Below are positions 60,535-64,000 of a DNA stretch of 64,000 nucleotides, piece by piece. This stretch comes from Deltaproteobacteria bacterium (lineage in GTDB: Bacteria; Desulfobacterota; Desulfobulbia; Desulfobulbales; Desulfocapsaceae), in assembly GCA_024280265.1 (NCBI GenBank), contig JAJRQL010000056.1:803-64802 (forward strand), written 5' to 3'. Numbering within the stretch: position 1 is the first letter of the stretch; every line of letters begins with the position of its first letter. Position numbers and translations under genes: made by a program. Under the pieces are notes generated by a model. It did no database searches. It was not told the DNA's origin and saw nothing but the letters and a program-made list of their open reading frames with translations.

Positions 60535-60934
60535 GGGTTTCTGGAAAGGTGGAATGAAAGTTATCTGTAAAGAATGAGCACCTTAGCTATGAATCATAAT
60601 ATCTACAATTGAAACTGCAAGGCGAAACAGAATATGTGGCTGCGTCGGCAGACTCGTTGAGATAAAAAATAGTAATTGATCCCGGGCTATGCTGCCGCCT
60701 GAATTATAATTTTATTCGTAGGCGGCTGCAGGGTGTGTCTGATGTGAGCAAGCCGCTACGTTACTCTGTATTGTAGTGTTTCACAGCGATTGCAGATTGC
60801 ATGCGGCAGGTGCACCCTGTGACAGTTTGCTGAAAATGATGAGGGTAAAATTCTGTTGTTAATGGTAGCATCACAGCGGTGAAAACAACGAGGCCGTATT
60901 TCTTGATCCGTTAGGAATGAAGAGAGGGGATGGT

Positions 60935-61576
60935 ATGCAAGGAACCATGGAAATCACAGCATTGACAAAGATAATTGTGGGGCTATTGGCCATTGTCAAT
61001 CCCTTGGGGGCGATACCGGTATTTCTCTCCCTGTCCGCCGGGCGGTCGGTAACCGAAATGGTTCGTATAACCAGGGTGACCGGCATGTCCGTGGCCATGG
61101 TTTTGCTGATTTCTGCCTGGTTCGGCAAGGAACTGCTCACATTTTTCGGTATTGGTATCCCCTCGTTCAGGGTAGGTGGCGGTCTGCTGATTCTGCTGAT
61201 GGCCATTGCCATGTTGCATGCAAAGCAGAGTCCGGCCAAACGGAGTCCCGAGGAAGAGAGTGAGGACTGCGACAAGGAGGCCATCGCTGTGGTTCCACTG
61301 GCCATACCCCTGCTGGCCGGCCCCGGGGCTATCAGCCTTGTGGTGGTGGAAAGCCAGCGAGCCAGCGGACTGGTCGATCGGTTGATGCTCAGCTTTTGCA
61401 TTTTGATAATTTCTGTTCTGGTCTGGCTGACCCTGCGCCTGGCCGAACCCATTGGCCGGAAAATGGGCCTGACCGGGCTCAACATTGTCACCCGGATCAT
61501 GGGATTGCTCCTTTCCGCCATTGGAGTCCAGATGATCGCCGAGGGGTTGAAGCAGATTTTCCCGGGTCTGGGCTGA
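60935..61576 (+). CDS. marC: MarC-family (UPF0056) integral membrane protein
   Basis: It has NPLGAIPVFLSL near the N-terminus and a 6-TM layout. The start is ambiguous (60917, 60935 or 60947). Confidence 0.8.
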   Translation: MQGTMEITALTKIIVGLLAIVNPLGAIPVFLSLSAGRSVTEMVRITRVTGMSVAMVLLISAWFGKELLTFFGIGIPSFRVGGGLLILLMAIAMLHAKQSPAKRSPEEESEDCDKEAIAVVPLAIPLLAGPGAISLVVVESQRASGLVDRLMLSFCILIISVLVWLTLRLAEPIGRKMGLTGLNIVTRIMGLLLSAIGVQMIAEGLKQIFPGLG

Positions 61577-61589
61577 TTGTGGGAGAAGT

Positions 61590-61820
61590 ACTTTAACATG
61601 GGAATGAGCTGACCACGTTCTTTTCCCCGGGCTGATTTTCCACGTTTACGCCAGCTGTAATAACCAATACGGCTAACTTCTATAACTTTACACAACGAAT
61701 ACAATGGGTAAGCCTTCTTCGATGAATCAATCAAATGAAATCTCATACTGATTCTTTTGCGAAGAAGGCCGCTGCCTTTTCTAGAGTTTCTCTTTCCATG
61801 CGCAACTGTTCATTTTCTTC
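61590..61820 (-). mobile_element. IS3-family transposase remnant (orfA C-terminus / orfB N-terminus junction only)
   Basis: The minus strand reads ...EENEQLRMERETLEKAAAFFAKESV-stop, overlapping ATGA with MRFHLIDSSKKAYPLYSLCKVIEVSRIGYYSWRKRGKS... This is the typical IS3 OrfA end and OrfB start. There is no DDE domain and I saw no IRs. Confidence 0.7.
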
Positions 61821-61910
61821 ATACCCCCCTGCAAACACCCTCCACAGTACGGTCACTTTTGGTTATTTAGGGTTGTTCTTTTGCCATAATCGATCGAAAT
61901 AACAATTAAA

Positions 61911-61938
61911 TTGACAAAGATTTCCCGAATGCTACTAA
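61911..61938 (+). promoter_or_regulatory. putative sigma70 promoter for the TonB-dependent receptor gene
   Basis: TTGACA (61911-61916), a 16-nt spacer, then TACTAA (61933-61938). The upstream aattaaattgaca resembles the family-3 promoters (agattagattgaca). Confidence 0.4.
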
Positions 61939-62039
61939 GGGTTCTTCAGGATGAGTACTAACTGCTGAGCAACGCTTGTTACGTGTAGCCCAGATAGATA
62001 GTTTGCTTGTTTGTCGTTTACTTTTGATGGGAGATCAAA

Positions 62040-64000
62040 ATGGAACAAAAAAAATTATTAGCGGTAATGGCCGCCTGCGGGATGGGAATTGTTTCAGTCG
62101 GTAATGCCTCGGCTGAGACTGCTGACAATGTCTACACTCTTGGCGAAGTGGTGGTGAGCAATCAGTCAGGAGTAGAAAACATTGCTCTTCGCAATGTGGT
62201 CACTGCTGAGGATATAGCCAAAACCGGAGCCAAGGATGCTGCGGAGGCACTCCGGTATATCCCTGGAGTCAGCCTTTCTTATAATCGCAAGGGCAATGCC
62301 AATATTGTTCTTCAAGGTTTCCAGTAGGATCGAATCCTGACCTTGATTGATGGGGTTCCTTTTTATGAAACAAAGTATGGTTATCTGGACTTGTCATCAA
62401 TCCCCTCCAGTATGATTTCCAGGATTGAGGTGATTAAAGGTGCATCTTCCGTTCTTTATGGCCCAAATGCTGAGGGCGGTGTGATCAATATCATCACCAA
62501 AAAGGGTGGAAAAGATCTCTCATTCACTGTGCAGGCTGAGATAGGTGATTACTCAAGTCATCGTGGGGTAATTTCAGCAGGGGGGCAAAAGGGAATTTTT
62601 AATTTCTGGGGAACCTATGAAAACAAATCATCGGATGGCTGGCGGGTATCTGATGATTACAGCCCCTTTGAAGGCACGGTCAGTCAGTACCCGGGCGGAT
62701 CTTACAATACTGTGTTGCAATACAATGGGCTGAGAGAGAACTCGGACACCAGAGCGGATAATATATGGATGCGCTTTGGCCTGGTACCCACCGACAACAC
62801 TGATATCTATGCCAGTATTTTTTCCCTTGATTCGGAGCGCGGAAATCCGGTGTCAGTCGATGGTGTAAAGGTTTTTTCCGATTTTAGTTACTTTTCCAGG
62901 TTTTCCACCTATCGGGATCAGGGGATCGACCTGTCCGGAAGACATCGTTTCAGTGATCAGTTTCAAGTACGTACTGCGCTTTTCTATCACGACCATGAAG
63001 ATCAGTACGACTCCTATACACAAATGGAGATGATTGACAAGATTGCCGAATCAACCTATCGCGATAGTCTTGCCGGAGTCTCAGTTTTCAGCGATTATGA
63101 TCTTACAGACACCATAACTTTCAGCGGTGCCCTGCATTACAAGCGTGATACTCATGAAGATCGTCCGGATATCGGTACAGACTATGCCTCTTCCGTTTCA
63201 TCCACATTTTCCATTGGTCTCGAAAGTACCTTCGTGGCACCATGTGGCACAGAAGTGGTTGCGGGTGCCAGCCTGGATTATCACGATATGAGCGAGGCAC
63301 AGGATCACGATCGTGATAATGCTGTCTTTGATCTTACCCCTCCATCCTCCGACACAGCCTTCAACCCCATGATTGGACTCTCTCATATCTTCAACGATGC
63401 CACCAGGGTTTATGGCTCAGTGGCCAGAAAAACCCGTTTTCCACTTCTTAGTGGATACTACAGCCAAGGAGGAAACAACCTGGATTTAAAGGAGGAAAAA
63501 AATACCAACTACACTATCGGAGTAAGTCGCCCCTTTCTTGACAACAGGATGGAGATTGAAGTTGCCGGATTTTACAATGATATCAGCGATATGATTTTTA
63601 CCATCGACCGTGATCATCCACACGAAAATATCGGAAAGGCTTCCATTGGGGGAATGGAGTTATCGCTTTCTGCCACGCCATTTGACTGGCTTGCGCTTAC
63701 TCTCAATTACACCTATACCCATGGCCGTAATGAGAGTGATGACCGTACCTCAGATTACCTGATTGACATCCCGAAGAACATGATCAATTTTGGTTTTGAC
63801 TGGCTTGTACCGGGAGCTGAAATGGAGTGGAGCCTCAACTGTCGCTATCGTGGCGAAACTCTTGCAGAAATTCCACAAAATCTTGGTGACGACGAAGAGT
63901 GGCTTCAGGACAGCTTTACCGTTGACACCAGGATATCCAGAGATTTTTCAGACTTTGTCAAATGGAGCAACAAAATGGAGCTTTATTTGGAACTCACCAA
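62040..64000 (+). pseudogene. TonB-dependent outer-membrane receptor with one in-frame TAG; 3' end beyond the window
   Basis: It has a signal peptide, a TonB box region (DNVYTLGEVVVS) and a plug that reads ...NIVLQGFQ-TAG(62325-62327)-DRILTLIDGVPFYE...IEVIKGASSVLYGPNAEGGVINIITKKG. I translated the same frame onward and it stays open to nt 64000 with beta-barrel-like sequence. Confidence 0.85.

Noticed and set aside
60871-61746. 291-aa minus-strand ORF
   Set aside because: Only the first ~50 codons are meaningful (IS3 OrfB N-terminus). The rest is antisense to the well-supported marC gene, so this is a chimeric artefact of an open antisense frame.
62325-62327. In-frame TAG of the receptor gene as a pyrrolysine codon or programmed read-through
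   Set aside because: There are no pyl genes or methylamine methyltransferase context in the window, and the position is a variable plug residue. A nonsense mutation or a base-call error is far more likely.
1-64000. Scan for CRISPR arrays, rRNA genes, or toxin-antitoxin or restriction-type defence operons
   Set aside because: I found no regularly spaced direct repeats, no rRNA-like sequence and no defence-type gene sets by reading. The only repeats are the three dispersed families reported above.

Overview
This 64-kb window looks like chromosome from an anaerobic Desulfobacterota bacterium, possibly Desulfobulbales-like. That placement is an inference from gene content only: Ni-CODH, single-chain PFOR, indolepyruvate:ferredoxin oxidoreductase, archaeal-type PEP carboxylase and tRNA-Sec. 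Most of the window is housekeeping: cooS 3' end, selC, glyQ, uvrA, secB, a pilM-N-O-P / AMIN-TPR / secretin / lipoprotein type IV pilus operon (minus strand), lepB, pyrB-pyrC, queC, sfsA, gap-rimI-pgk-tpiA-secG-tRNA-Leu, carB-carA, purE, arsC and ftsH. The less ordinary content falls into five groups. (1) Three families of non-coding repeats that I found by reading the intergenic DNA. One is a ~170-nt MITE-like element, present twice in inverted orientation, each copy just 3' of a CcsA-family gene. One is a ~240-nt cassette of promoter, structured RNA and intrinsic terminator, present twice (before carB and before a ccsA-like operon); one copy carries a 39-codon sORF with a strong RBS. One is a ~90-nt repeat after ppcA and after a P-type ATPase gene. 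(2) An ion-handling gene run: NhaR-like regulator, HPF-like and amphi-Trp proteins, a P-type ATPase, a voltage-gated channel with a Ca-type TFEDWTD filter, an MthK-like K+ channel, a DUF2294 protein, and a diadenylate-cyclase-like protein with a mutated RHR motif. (3) A C3/C4-node cluster of PFOR, IorAB, an orphan biotin-carboxylase-like ATP-grasp protein and archaeal-type PEPC, preceded by a 568-aa unknown protein. (4) Four interrupted genes: pilM (in-frame TAA), lepB (1-nt deletion in the catalytic Lys codon), a tRNA-Leu-linked integrase (frameshifted and truncated), and a TonB-dependent receptor (in-frame TAG). (5) A small IS3 remnant. I saw no CRISPR array, rRNA or recognisable defence operon. 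All calls come from reading the sequence and the ORF track. RNA and repeat boundaries are good to a few nt only, and every family assignment is motif recall, not a database search.
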